Virus record (IMG/VR): IMGVR_UViG_3300005077_000014
Location: 21,375-85,374 of that record
Source: a virus
Lineage: Duplodnaviria; Caudoviricetes
DNA length: 64,000 nt
Strand: one strand, 5' to 3'
The position numbers and the translations under genes were made by a program. The notes under the pieces are model-generated. The model saw only the letters and a program-made list of their open reading frames with translations, did not search any database and had not been told where the DNA came from. Positions 1-10,080 of the stretch are shown here, piece by piece. The stretch's first letter is position 1; the number at the start of each line of letters is the position of its first letter.

Positions 1-58
1 TCCGCCTAATGGATATCATATTCGAGTTTCCGAACAGACTGCTCAGTCTCATTATCTA

Positions 59-1480
59 ATGTCCGGATTCGGTGTTCCTTACTATATGACAAGCGTTGAT
101 AATGCACAGAAGCCGTATCCGTGGGAAACTGGAACAGGCGACGAAGTGCTTCAGAAATCTGCTTGGTTTGGCGACCCAGCTATTACCCTAGATTCTGTTC
201 AAGAAGCAGATTACAAGTTGAGGAATCTTTTTTGGTATCCTTTCGACACCTCAGACACTACTAATTTTAAGCTGACAAGGATGCCTAAATACAATTGCAC
301 TGCTGAAGAAGAGTTCACTGACGGGCAAGTGCTCAAGATGGACTCGGTGCATGTTGAAATCAGCATCTATCTAATACCGAGACCGCTTCATGCGTTAATG
401 CGCTTCTCTGAAGGAACGACAGACGATGTTTTTGGTATTTGGAGTCCGTGCCCGCGTGATTACATGCTGCCTGCGCCGCGAACTACTGGAGCATGGGAGT
501 TGGGTGCTGGCGCTCCTGGATCTATTTGGATCAACCCGCCACTCAGTCAGGAGATCGTCTACACCGGCGGCGAATCAGGAATAGTTTGGACTCCAGAAGC
601 AGATACAGCATTAGACAATGGGCTTTATTTACTTCACACAATACCCAATACAAGAGCAATTTATCGAAGACCTACAGAGACTATCTATTACGATGAAGCG
701 CCATTTGCCAATGTTTATGATCAGCTTCAGTTTGATCAGGAAATAAGAAGCTATCAAGATCCTGTTTCTGGCGAATGGATTGATTATATGGCGACTTGGT
801 ACGAGTCGTTTACATGGTTATACGGCCAATTCCAGAAAGACGCTGATGGCTTTTTCTTTTCATCATTTGATTCGTTGCACTGTTGGAATTGGGCTGATTT
901 AGATGTTGGAAGACTTCCTCCTGGTGCGGTAGTTTGTGAAGAAGACGGTCTAACATGGACTCTAGGCGGCAGACTCTGCCACAATCACTTTGAATGTTTC
1001 TGGGGTAGTGCTCCTGATGGCAAGATTCCTGCAATGCTGCTAAAGCAGATACCTAGTGGATCGGGACCATGCGACAACACGCAGACGCTTACGAAGAATG
1101 CCCTCATTTATGATCCTGATAACTATGAGGATGACTCCATAGACAGTGTATTAGCTGCTGGATTTCTTTCTAACAGCATTTGTGGGGGCAGATCGTATTC
1201 GACTATGGATTCGCTTCTTCTTTCGATAGGAGAAGCAAAAGAGGGCGATTTAGTGGGCATGATTCTTACACGCCAAGGGCCAATCTATGTTTGGCGACGA
1301 ACTGACGAGAATCTAAATAGAGAGGTTCCAGAAGATTGCCCGGATTCAACGCTGCTCTTGGGTTCTAACTGGCAGTGGAATCACTTCGAGTCCTACAGAA
1401 GAGTCGCTGCTGTTCCTTGTCCAGAGATCTATAACGTAGTTCCTAATACTTGGGAACCCGAACAAGTTGAGGCAGGATAG
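59..1480 (+). CDS. hypothetical protein, probable virion structural protein
   Basis: 473-aa ORF heading a tightly packed + strand run of tail-like genes; no motif recognised. Confidence 0.45.
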   Translation: MSGFGVPYYMTSVDNAQKPYPWETGTGDEVLQKSAWFGDPAITLDSVQEADYKLRNLFWYPFDTSDTTNFKLTRMPKYNCTAEEEFTDGQVLKMDSVHVEISIYLIPRPLHALMRFSEGTTDDVFGIWSPCPRDYMLPAPRTTGAWELGAGAPGSIWINPPLSQEIVYTGGESGIVWTPEADTALDNGLYLLHTIPNTRAIYRRPTETIYYDEAPFANVYDQLQFDQEIRSYQDPVSGEWIDYMATWYESFTWLYGQFQKDADGFFFSSFDSLHCWNWADLDVGRLPPGAVVCEEDGLTWTLGGRLCHNHFECFWGSAPDGKIPAMLLKQIPSGSGPCDNTQTLTKNALIYDPDNYEDDSIDSVLAAGFLSNSICGGRSYSTMDSLLLSIGEAKEGDLVGMILTRQGPIYVWRRTDENLNREVPEDCPDSTLLLGSNWQWNHFESYRRVAAVPCPEIYNVVPNTWEPEQVEAG

Positions 1481-1866
1481 TGAAGATTCAAGACGAACCT
1501 ATCGACATCTATCGAGTAGAAGGCGGGAACTTCTTCGGTCATGTTGAGTTGCCAGAAGTTACTCGACTAGCAGCAGATCCCCCAGAGATTGCGCTGAAAC
1601 TGCAATTCGACAAATGGGGCCGTTGGATAGAATATCCGCACGAAGTAGAGAGGACGTTCTCCATTTCAGATGACGTTCATTATAACGGCACTCTTGGGAG
1701 ATTCACTTATGATAATCAGCCAGAAGCGCCAACAACTGCATTTCACGAAGCAGCTATCGATTTAGGCAGAAACGTTCATCCCATTATATACAGAAATCGC
1801 TCTCCGAGAGCATTCTTCGAGCGTTTCAATCATCAGATTCCTTGTGGTTACACTTCAATCAGGTAG
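1480..1866 (+). CDS. hypothetical protein
   Basis: 128-aa ORF, GTG start overlaps the upstream stop (translational coupling). Confidence 0.5.
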   Translation: MKIQDEPIDIYRVEGGNFFGHVELPEVTRLAADPPEIALKLQFDKWGRWIEYPHEVERTFSISDDVHYNGTLGRFTYDNQPEAPTTAFHEAAIDLGRNVHPIIYRNRSPRAFFERFNHQIPCGYTSIR

Positions 1867-1873
1867 GTAACAA

Positions 1874-3835
1874 ATGACTATTGCAGCAACATATATCAAT
1901 TCCGCGCAGTTTTCAGTTGAAGGAGATCAGTTAAACTTCTTGAACATGAATCAGAAGATCATTTTGGTTCAGACTCCAGACGATGATCTCTATACTAAAA
2001 TTTTGGCTATTCTTTACGATGCTGGGACAGACAAAACCATAGCTACAGTCTACACGACTGAAGAAGAATTCATCACCTCAAACCTATCTGAAGTGTTACG
2101 CGGCCCTACTTTTAATAACACTACTACAGGCCGAACTAATCAGGCAGACCACTTCCATCCTGACGAAGCTTTTGGTCTGATAACTGATGATGATGTAGCC
2201 ACTAGACTCAATTCTATGGGGGCCGTAGGCGCTTCGGTTGCGGACTTCATTCAGTGTATCAATTCGCTTGGAACTGATGTCGAAAAACGAGAATTGCTCG
2301 GGACTTCCGATCAAATTACGATTACGTTTGCAGAGGGCACAATCACCCTTTCTCTGCCTCAGAGCATAGCTACAGACTCGACTCCAGAGTTCTCGAATGC
2401 GATCCTTTCTTCGCTTCAAGGTATAGTGACTGCCGGAAGCGACGGGACTCTTGCTGCCATTAATCCATCAGCGAATCAGATAGTCAGAAAGAATGTTGCA
2501 GGGACTGCTCTTGAAGCCGCTGATCTTTCACTTCAGAATCTTAAAGATGTTTACGGCACTCCGTCAGCAGAAGGACAGGTGCCCACATGGTCTGTTTCTG
2601 GAGATAGATTTGAGTATTCGATACCCGCTGGTGGGACAGGCGGTGGGGGCGCTTCTCTTCCTTTGATCTACTCAATTGCTACTATGCTAAAAGGGTCTGG
2701 AGGGGGAACGTCAACAGTCAGCATCTCAAGTCTTGACGGCGACAAGCTTGTTATTGATTGGGAACCTGCAAACTACACTCCCACAGACGTTGATGAGACT
2801 GAGCTTACTACAGAGCTTGCAGCGCATTTGAAAGGTGTAGACTTAGCTCTTCTTTCTCCTGATTTATATTCGTATTGTCCCAAGCCTGTTCTCTTCAAAT
2901 CAGACAGCCAGTTAACACTCCAGGCAGGCGACTACTACGCTCTTGGATATCGACACAGAGGAGAATACGAACGTCATTCGACAACAAAAATCACCGTAGC
3001 ATCAAATACTGATGTTACGATCTCTTCTGCTATTTCTGGAGGCAAACCGAACGACTCCTGGTTTTCTGTGTTTCTAAGAAATCCGTCGAGTCCTGGGCTT
3101 CTGATTTTGCCTTATATTCATGTGAAGGCTTCTTCTTACGTGAGCGGCAGCACTCGTGTCGAAATAGGTAGCCACCTAGATCATGAGGTTGCGAATGATG
3201 ACTTTCTTACTGCGGCGGACCAGTGGAATTCATATAGGCTGATGAAAATCAGCTATGATGCTTACGATGGTTACACGTATGACATAGCGACTTCGGTCAC
3301 TACATCAGGTGATTATGTGACTATCGTAGGCGACAAAACGACAGAAATTCTAGCTGGCGATTGGCTGGCAATGATTCCAGATTCGACTGATGATTTCGTG
3401 TATCTCGGTGTAATCTACATAAACACTGGTTGGAATCTAGAGCATCAGATGCGTCAGCCAGGAACGTGGGATTATCCGAGAAAACACATAGATGCTCCAT
3501 GGATTGCCGGAAATTCAAGCGACGAAGCAGACAACACAAGTTTGATAGAAGCAGTTTCACCTAATGCCCACGAAGCTCAAATGGCTGTTACCCTGATGTC
3601 TGGCTCGACAGATGTTACTGGCCTTGAAGTGACGCTCTATGGCGGAGCCTCGTTAGAGGTTTGTTTACACGATTTCGTAACTGCCGGGGCCGAAGCAGTG
3701 ATGAGCAATTCGCATCCAGTGAGATGGTTTTTTTCGCATCCCGCAACCGTGAGAAATTCTATGATTCAAGAGGTTGAGGGCGAATGGGAAGGCGTTTCTG
3801 AGGGATATTTTGAAGTTTACTCTTACAGTGAATAA
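1874..3835 (+). CDS. tail fibre-like virion protein
   Basis: G/S/T-rich 653 aa; N-terminus (ATYINSAQFSVEGD) and an internal segment (GTSDQITITFAEGTITLSLPQ...ILSSL) are paralogous to ORF 4250-5524. Confidence 0.6.
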   Translation: MTIAATYINSAQFSVEGDQLNFLNMNQKIILVQTPDDDLYTKILAILYDAGTDKTIATVYTTEEEFITSNLSEVLRGPTFNNTTTGRTNQADHFHPDEAFGLITDDDVATRLNSMGAVGASVADFIQCINSLGTDVEKRELLGTSDQITITFAEGTITLSLPQSIATDSTPEFSNAILSSLQGIVTAGSDGTLAAINPSANQIVRKNVAGTALEAADLSLQNLKDVYGTPSAEGQVPTWSVSGDRFEYSIPAGGTGGGGASLPLIYSIATMLKGSGGGTSTVSISSLDGDKLVIDWEPANYTPTDVDETELTTELAAHLKGVDLALLSPDLYSYCPKPVLFKSDSQLTLQAGDYYALGYRHRGEYERHSTTKITVASNTDVTISSAISGGKPNDSWFSVFLRNPSSPGLLILPYIHVKASSYVSGSTRVEIGSHLDHEVANDDFLTAADQWNSYRLMKISYDAYDGYTYDIATSVTTSGDYVTIVGDKTTEILAGDWLAMIPDSTDDFVYLGVIYINTGWNLEHQMRQPGTWDYPRKHIDAPWIAGNSSDEADNTSLIEAVSPNAHEAQMAVTLMSGSTDVTGLEVTLYGGASLEVCLHDFVTAGAEAVMSNSHPVRWFFSHPATVRNSMIQEVEGEWEGVSEGYFEVYSYSE

Positions 3836-3850
3836 TAGGAGATAAGAAAA

Positions 3851-4210
3851 ATGGCTGATGCAGTTTCAGATTATGGTTTGTTGAGAGATGAAGCCTCGTT
3901 AGATGCGGGCGCTTCTGAAGAGATATCAATCATAGCTGCCGCTGGGCAGGACATAAGAGTATCAGAAGTCACGGCATCGATGGCCTTCGTTTTGATGGGC
4001 TTGGCTGTTCTAGTCTCAAACAGCAGCACCTTTGTTCCTGTTTCAGTAGGTTGTGATAGTGCAAGCGAGTCTTGGACTACTCTATACACTGTTCCTGAAG
4101 GCTACACTTTCATGGGAACGTTGAAATGTTTAAATGTCGGCTCGTCTTCTGGAACTTACTCATTCGGCGTGACTGTAACTGAAGTAGAAGGCGAATCTCC
4201 TGGAGCATAA
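3851..4210 (+). CDS. small beta-rich virion protein (putative)
   Basis: AGGAG RBS, 119 aa, located between fibre-like genes. Confidence 0.45.
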   Translation: MADAVSDYGLLRDEASLDAGASEEISIIAAAGQDIRVSEVTASMAFVLMGLAVLVSNSSTFVPVSVGCDSASESWTTLYTVPEGYTFMGTLKCLNVGSSSGTYSFGVTVTEVEGESPGA

Positions 4211-4249
4211 ACGTTTACAACTTCTCAAGCAAATGCTAGGTGAACTATC

Positions 4250-5524
4250 ATGATAATGGCAAGCTACGTTTCGACAACGACATTCAAGGTTTCAGGCGAT
4301 AAAACTCCCAACTACAAAAAGGGACAGAGAATAACGTGTATAATGACCTCGGGTAGCTGCGAGGCGACCGTAGTTTCTGCTGAAGTCGATGTAAATAATA
4401 CCGTCGTGACGATCACTCCAGACAGTGGGGCTTCGCTCAATGCCACGCTTTACAGGGTTACGCTCGGAAACACTTATTCAGACACAGACAATGAATCTGG
4501 AAACCTAGCAGAGCATGAGCATAAGAATCCGTGGAGCGGCAAATACATTCCGGCGGCGATGCTTTCAGAAGCAGAGAAAGACAATCTTCAGACGATTGAT
4601 ATTCCTGTTTCTGGAGATGCTGGCAAGCTGCTTGCTGTCGCTCCTACGTTTTCAAACGGATATCAATTGAAGACGCTTGCTGGAACGACAAACAGAATTA
4701 CAGTCACTATTACTGACGGCTTGATCACGCTCAACTTGCCACAGGATTTTCATACTGCTGCTTCGATTCAGCTTGCGCAATTGATTCTTTCTTCGCTGCT
4801 TGTCGGAACAGAACGAACGACTCCTGGAGATAATGCACCGACAGGCACCCGAAGATTTTACCCAAAAACAACGGGCTGGGTCGATCAAGATGACGCTGGG
4901 GTGGAGACTGCTTTCTCTATGGATGGGCATTCTCATGCTCACTCGGCAATAACAGGAAAAGACACTGACGGTCATCCAGCAAGCGTAATTGCTCCAGTGA
5001 CGACAAACTTTGACGGAATCTTGAGTTCGTCTGACGACACTGTTCAAAAGGCACTGGACACAATAGACGATTTCACACTGGCCGTTGCCGATTTATCTGA
5101 CTGGCCCACCGATGTCTCCACAACTGAGGTTGGGTATCTTAATGGAGTGACAGGCGCTATCCAAACACAAATTGGCGCAAAAGAGTCCAGTGACAGTCTC
5201 AAGCTGAAAAAAACCATTACAACACTGACAGATGCGGCCACAGTTACGCCTGACTTTTCAGCTTCAAACAATTTCACAATCACTCTTGGCGGCGACAGGA
5301 CATTCGCGAATCCAACTGGTGCATCTGCCGGCTACGATGGAATCATTTATTTTGTCCAGGGCACAGGCGGGAGTCACGAGCCGACATTTGAATATGCCTA
5401 TCGCTTTGTTGCCGCGCCTGTTTGGTCAACGGCTGAAGGCGCTGTTGATGCGATAAAATATTGGGTGCGAAGCGCCGACAATATTGTGTGTGAGTTTCTA
5501 AAGGGAATCGGGCTGACGAGTTAA
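4250..5524 (+). CDS. tail fibre-like virion protein
   Basis: Paralogous segments to 1874-3835; C-terminal TLTDAATVTPDF...ITLGGDRT...QGTGG domain shared with 6207-8270. Confidence 0.6.
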   Translation: MIMASYVSTTTFKVSGDKTPNYKKGQRITCIMTSGSCEATVVSAEVDVNNTVVTITPDSGASLNATLYRVTLGNTYSDTDNESGNLAEHEHKNPWSGKYIPAAMLSEAEKDNLQTIDIPVSGDAGKLLAVAPTFSNGYQLKTLAGTTNRITVTITDGLITLNLPQDFHTAASIQLAQLILSSLLVGTERTTPGDNAPTGTRRFYPKTTGWVDQDDAGVETAFSMDGHSHAHSAITGKDTDGHPASVIAPVTTNFDGILSSSDDTVQKALDTIDDFTLAVADLSDWPTDVSTTEVGYLNGVTGAIQTQIGAKESSDSLKLKKTITTLTDAATVTPDFSASNNFTITLGGDRTFANPTGASAGYDGIIYFVQGTGGSHEPTFEYAYRFVAAPVWSTAEGAVDAIKYWVRSADNIVCEFLKGIGLTS

Positions 5525-5564
5525 GAGACGACAAGGGTTATTGTTTTCTTGTCGTCTCTTTTTT
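5523..5564 (+). terminator. intrinsic terminator
   Basis: AAGAGACGACAAG / CTTGTCGTCTCTT 13-bp inverted repeat running into a T tract, at the stop of 4250-5524. Confidence 0.8.
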
Positions 5565-5609
5565 GCCTTTCGAGCTAACCTGATTGATAAACAACTTCTC
5601 ATTTTCGCC

Positions 5610-5638
5610 TTGACATTTACCTATTTGGTAATTACAAA
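5610..5638 (+). promoter_or_regulatory. sigma70-like promoter with internal palindrome
   Basis: TTGACA-17 nt-TACAAA; spacer holds TTACC-N5-GGTAA. Confidence 0.6.
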
Positions 5639-5668
5639 GGCCCAAATAATTGATTATGGGGTGTAATT

Positions 5669-6109
5669 ATGCCCACAGTAAGAAATGATGGAACTAAGCC
5701 GGTTGTAATTGGAAGCGAGATTGTGGGGCCTGGAATTGGGCCGGTTGCAGTCAAAAAATATCCGCATCCTGACCAGACTGATGTTGTGTTGGTGAGTGAT
5801 GAGCCACGAACAAATACACCTGTATTGTTGTTCGGTGACACATTGCCGTCTGGGACAATAGATGGGCTGGCAGCGTATCGGTATCTGGATGTTTACAACA
5901 AGAGTGGCAACGACATCACAATTGTCTATAACGGCGATACAGACAACGCTGACATCTGGCCCAACGGCACCCGTTTTGTTCGGACAAACTTTCAAGACTA
6001 TCACTCAATGACAATTACTGGCGACGGGACGACAAACGTTTATGTGTGGGGCACCAAAGCGTCTGCTGATGACAATGTGGGTTTGCCGATATTAAGCAGA
6101 GTGGCTTAG
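5669..6109 (+). CDS. hypothetical virion-associated protein
   Basis: 146-aa beta-rich ORF directly after the promoter. Confidence 0.5.
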   Translation: MPTVRNDGTKPVVIGSEIVGPGIGPVAVKKYPHPDQTDVVLVSDEPRTNTPVLLFGDTLPSGTIDGLAAYRYLDVYNKSGNDITIVYNGDTDNADIWPNGTRFVRTNFQDYHSMTITGDGTTNVYVWGTKASADDNVGLPILSRVA

Positions 6110-6136
6110 GCATAATTTGATTTAGACAAAACAGCT

Positions 6137-6187
6137 CAGCAATTACGACATAACCAGCAATTACGACACAACCAGCAATTGCGACCC
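6137..6187. repeat. 18-bp tandem repeat (about 2.8 copies)
   Basis: CAGCAATTACGACATAAC / CAGCAATTACGACACAAC / CAGCAATTGCGACCC, intergenic. Confidence 0.8.
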
Positions 6188-6206
6188 TTTCGCCTGGAGA
6201 ATTAAT

Positions 6207-8270
6207 ATGAGCAATATTGACATTCTTATACCCCCAGGGACCACACAATCTGAGCCTGGTTCAAGCATGCCTTCTGCTACTGAAGAGGGCTCGATACCTG
6301 TTTACACCGGGGAAGCATGGGAAGCCGGAGTAGATAAAGATATAAAAGCGAAGAGCGTTGAGGCTTCTGACGCCGTTGTTTCTGGAGATCTTGTCAGCGG
6401 CGCTCAGATGGATGCCGAGGTGTTGGCTGGTTCTAATACAGAAACCGGGAACGCTTACGAGATTAACCCTGATGATGGCTTAATCTTTAACGACGCCGAA
6501 GTTACTCCTGCAATGCTCAAAAGTTTGATGGCGGGGATCTTTCATCCTACTCACTATACTGCAAGTAGCGTTTGGGCAGCAAAAACAGTTACTACAGCAG
6601 CAGACAGATACACACTTGAAGGGCCAGAGGGAGGAAATGTTCGTGTAGGGGACATGAACCTTTCATGGACAGAAGCCCCTTCTCTTGATCTTTCCGTTGC
6701 TGCAAATTGGGACACACAGACACCTACAGATTATACGGTTGCTGCTGCTCGTGCTGGTATGAATGGCTATGTTTACGCTTGTCAACCAGCGAGCGGGAAT
6801 ACCCCTGTCTGGAAGGTATCTGCTAATTCTACAGTGCCAGACGGTTACACTGCTGATACAAGCAGAAAAGTCGCAGGATGGCATTGTGAATGTTGCGATA
6901 TCGGGACTATAGCGAGTCATCCACTCACAGGATATCTAGCTGGCGACATCATTCCTACCTCTGTTTGGGATCTGACTTTCAGGGCAGATGGGCAGCAAGA
7001 AGGCATGGCTTATGTTGCGCCAAAACGCAGATGGGTAGCTATTTATCCTCCGTCTGGCACTGGCGCAAATACTGCGAGTGCATATAACGCGGTGATTTCA
7101 GATACACGGTCATGGCTTGACTTTAATGATGATTTCTCAGCGATTAAATGCCAGATGTTGAGAGATCATGAGTTTCAAGAAGCCGCTGAAGGATCGAATC
7201 AGCAGACAAATATCTATGGTTCCCAAGATCCCGTCCGCACAGGCATGATCGGAACACTGCTTTTCACCGGCGCGGGCCTGAACGACATGGCTGTATCGGC
7301 GGCTGGCCTCACCGCTAATAATGTTGAAATTGAGATTGAGATTGATGCCGAAGGAACGCCTGATACCTTTAAGTGGAGATCTAAAGTCTTCGGGGGCTCT
7401 TTCGGGGGTTACACCACAGGCGTTGCGATCACAGGTTCCGCTCAGACAATCGTGAATGGGGTGACAGTTACATTCACCGCCACCACAGGCCACACAGCTA
7501 CGAATAAATGGAATGTCTATGCGATGAAAGCTGGCTACGACACAGCAGCGCGCAGGATGGTCAGCAATTACGGCCACGAGATGATGTGTGGAGTGATGTG
7601 GCAGTGGTTGGATGAACAATCTTATCGTTTTGATGGAGCGGCGAACCATACGCATCAAATTGTTGTAAGCGGAGAACCCGAAACAGTGACCAGCGGCAAC
7701 CCAAGCGGAGATGTTGGCCCAGGGTGGTCTTGGCACGCAGTAGGAAGTAATAAAGGAGCAATAAATAAACAAGGAACTTATGGAGATGTTAAGCAATCAG
7801 CGGGTGGTATTTACAGTTATGGGTCACTTTGTGGATCGCGATCTCGTGATGAGAGTTTTTATCGCTGGATTACAAACGCAATCGGTTCCTCCCGCGCCTG
7901 TTCGCCCCCTAGAATTGTGGCACAGATGTCTGGTGGTGGAAGTGCTGCACCATCAGCGGCGCAGATTGTGACACTTGAAGACTCCGCAAATATTACTCCG
8001 AATCTCTCAGCAGGGACGAACTTTCAGGTGACGCTCGGTGGCAATAGGGCATTAGCAGCGCCTATCAATGCAACCGTAGGTCAGTCAGGTTTCATCAGAA
8101 TAATTCAGGATGGTACGGGAAGCAGATCGCTATCCTTTGATTCAGTCTACAAATTTACGGCTGGAGTTGATCCTGAGCTTACGACTACGGCCAGCGCAGT
8201 TGATTCGCTCAAATACATCGTGCATTCATCGACGTTTATTGAGTGTTCGTTAAGCACGAATCTGGCATAG
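6207..8270 (+). CDS. Mtd-like receptor-binding protein (FGE-sulfatase/C-type lectin fold) with an extra C-terminal fibre domain
   Basis: DTAARRMVSNYGHEMMCGVMWQW and AGG.YS.GSLCGSRSR...YRW...SR motifs typical of CLec-fold DGR target proteins. Confidence 0.7.
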   Translation: MSNIDILIPPGTTQSEPGSSMPSATEEGSIPVYTGEAWEAGVDKDIKAKSVEASDAVVSGDLVSGAQMDAEVLAGSNTETGNAYEINPDDGLIFNDAEVTPAMLKSLMAGIFHPTHYTASSVWAAKTVTTAADRYTLEGPEGGNVRVGDMNLSWTEAPSLDLSVAANWDTQTPTDYTVAAARAGMNGYVYACQPASGNTPVWKVSANSTVPDGYTADTSRKVAGWHCECCDIGTIASHPLTGYLAGDIIPTSVWDLTFRADGQQEGMAYVAPKRRWVAIYPPSGTGANTASAYNAVISDTRSWLDFNDDFSAIKCQMLRDHEFQEAAEGSNQQTNIYGSQDPVRTGMIGTLLFTGAGLNDMAVSAAGLTANNVEIEIEIDAEGTPDTFKWRSKVFGGSFGGYTTGVAITGSAQTIVNGVTVTFTATTGHTATNKWNVYAMKAGYDTAARRMVSNYGHEMMCGVMWQWLDEQSYRFDGAANHTHQIVVSGEPETVTSGNPSGDVGPGWSWHAVGSNKGAINKQGTYGDVKQSAGGIYSYGSLCGSRSRDESFYRWITNAIGSSRACSPPRIVAQMSGGGSAAPSAAQIVTLEDSANITPNLSAGTNFQVTLGGNRALAAPINATVGQSGFIRIIQDGTGSRSLSFDSVYKFTAGVDPELTTTASAVDSLKYIVHSSTFIECSLSTNLA

Positions 8271-8279
8271 GAGGGGATC

Positions 8280-8999
8280 ATGGCGATTATACTACATGAA
8301 CCATTTTCTCCTTTAATGATTCCTGGCTGCGCTCTGTGGCTTGAAGCAGACCGGGAAGTAGATACGGTCGATGGAAAAGTGAGTCTATGGAAAGACCAGA
8401 GTGGCAACGGGAGACATGCAAGTCAGAGTGAAGCTGCGAAGAGGCCACCTTATAATGTTACTCAAATAAATTCAAGGCCCACGCTAGAACACGTAGACGG
8501 AACGGCCCAATATCTATCAAACGCAAGTATTTCCGGTCTTGATGCGTTGACAAAATGTTCCCTTTTCTTTGTGGGTCAGTTCAGACAATTCAACGATGAA
8601 AGACATACTTTATGGATAACATCCTACGCTATGTCATTAGGAACTTTTTCTGCTGCTGGTCAGAGTAAACTGTTTATACCGTCTAGCAGCAGTTCTTGGT
8701 TGGCGTGGGACTATACAAGCACGGCCCCTATGGTTCTTATTGCGGTTTATGACGGATCTCTTAGCGCAAACAACCGTATGAAAGTCTGGATAAATGGTGC
8801 TGCAATTTCTGGGGCAATAAATAGTACGATACCGACAAGTCTCCCCAATATAACTAATATGACGATATTACCTACATACACAAACGCATCCCAAGTTATT
8901 GCTACGCTTGGGCTTCACACAGTAGCTTACTCTGACTCAGAACGTCAACGCCTACAGTATTCTTACTCCCACAAATACGGCATCGCATTGGCGGCATAG
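8280..8999 (+). CDS. LamG/concanavalin A-like domain virion protein
   Basis: LWLEAD...VSLWKDQSGNGRHASQ N-terminal motif common in phage LamG-type proteins. Confidence 0.6.
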   Translation: MAIILHEPFSPLMIPGCALWLEADREVDTVDGKVSLWKDQSGNGRHASQSEAAKRPPYNVTQINSRPTLEHVDGTAQYLSNASISGLDALTKCSLFFVGQFRQFNDERHTLWITSYAMSLGTFSAAGQSKLFIPSSSSSWLAWDYTSTAPMVLIAVYDGSLSANNRMKVWINGAAISGAINSTIPTSLPNITNMTILPTYTNASQVIATLGLHTVAYSDSERQRLQYSYSHKYGIALAA

Positions 9000-9009
9000 G
9001 AGATATATA

Positions 9010-9459
9010 ATGAGAGGATTTCCGAAATTCCTGAATACGAAAGCAGATTACGACAATATACAAGCCCTGTTCCCAAACGACCCCAAAACCGAGGCAGCTT
9101 TCAAAGGCTTGCTAGATACGCAGTATTATTGGGAGCAGACACCGCACAAGATCGAACCTTCCAAAGCTTCTGAACTCGCAGAATTGGTCGATCCCATCCC
9201 CTCCCTGGAGATCAGGGAAGTCGCAACAGACAAACCAGACACCACAGAGAAGTATCTGTTTGAGAGATTTGAAGATGAAAACTGCAAGTTGAAAGCTCTT
9301 GGATTCAAGATTGAAGATGTGGCTGCGCTTGCCAAGTGTGAAGTCGAAAAAGTCGATTCCAAAACAATTGACGCTGCAAAAGCAATCAAAACTGCGGTTG
9401 TGGATATTGCAGCGGGTAAAGAAGTAGATTTGAAGTCAATTGGAGTAATTAAGAAATAG
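9010..9459 (+). CDS. hypothetical protein, possible fibre assembly chaperone
   Basis: MRGFPKFLNTKADYDNI start; charged 149-aa ORF among fibre genes; role inferred from context. Confidence 0.45.
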   Translation: MRGFPKFLNTKADYDNIQALFPNDPKTEAAFKGLLDTQYYWEQTPHKIEPSKASELAELVDPIPSLEIREVATDKPDTTEKYLFERFEDENCKLKALGFKIEDVAALAKCEVEKVDSKTIDAAKAIKTAVVDIAAGKEVDLKSIGVIKK

Positions 9460-9492
9460 AGGTCTGGCGACTGAAAAAGGTGGAGTCTAGGC

Positions 9493-10071
9493 ATGGCGAA
9501 TTTAAGCGTTCACACAAGATACGACACATTAGCCGCGATGAAAGCGGCAACTGGTTCAGAAGAGACGCATGTATATTGCGTTGAAACTGACCAGTGGTAT
9601 CGCTATGAAGCAGATGGAGGAGCATATACTCCTGACGATCTCTCGATATGCATCACGGGAAATGCTGGTAATACTCGCTGGCTTGCTGCTGGTTCTAGGG
9701 TCTCGAATTCTGCAATCAGAAAAACATTCACGCAAGCAGATCACGGCTTTGCTGTTGGGGATGTTCTCAAGAGGACTTCCGGATCTTTTGCTAAAGCGCA
9801 AGCGGATTCGGCAGATAACGCAGAGGTCTACGGTATAGTTTCCTCTGTTCCGGATACGTCTACAATCGTGATAACTTTGTTTGGCCATGTCAGCGGATTA
9901 ACAGGACTCACTGATGGGACTGTTTATTTTCTTTCTGATGCTACTGCCGGAGCGTTGACGGATACAGATCCTCATACTGCTACTCCAACATCTGTATCTA
10001 AGCCGTTATTGATTGCAGACTCAACGACATCAGGTCTGTTCTGTAATATGCGCGGGTTGCTTTCTTCGTAG
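9493..10071 (+). CDS. tail fibre-associated virion protein
   Basis: HGFAVGDVL...AKAQADS...GIVSSV...GLTDGTVYFLS...AGALT segment resembling a recurrent phage virion domain. Confidence 0.55.
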   Translation: MANLSVHTRYDTLAAMKAATGSEETHVYCVETDQWYRYEADGGAYTPDDLSICITGNAGNTRWLAAGSRVSNSAIRKTFTQADHGFAVGDVLKRTSGSFAKAQADSADNAEVYGIVSSVPDTSTIVITLFGHVSGLTGLTDGTVYFLSDATAGALTDTDPHTATPTSVSKPLLIADSTTSGLFCNMRGLLSS

Positions 10072-10080
10072 GAGATAATC

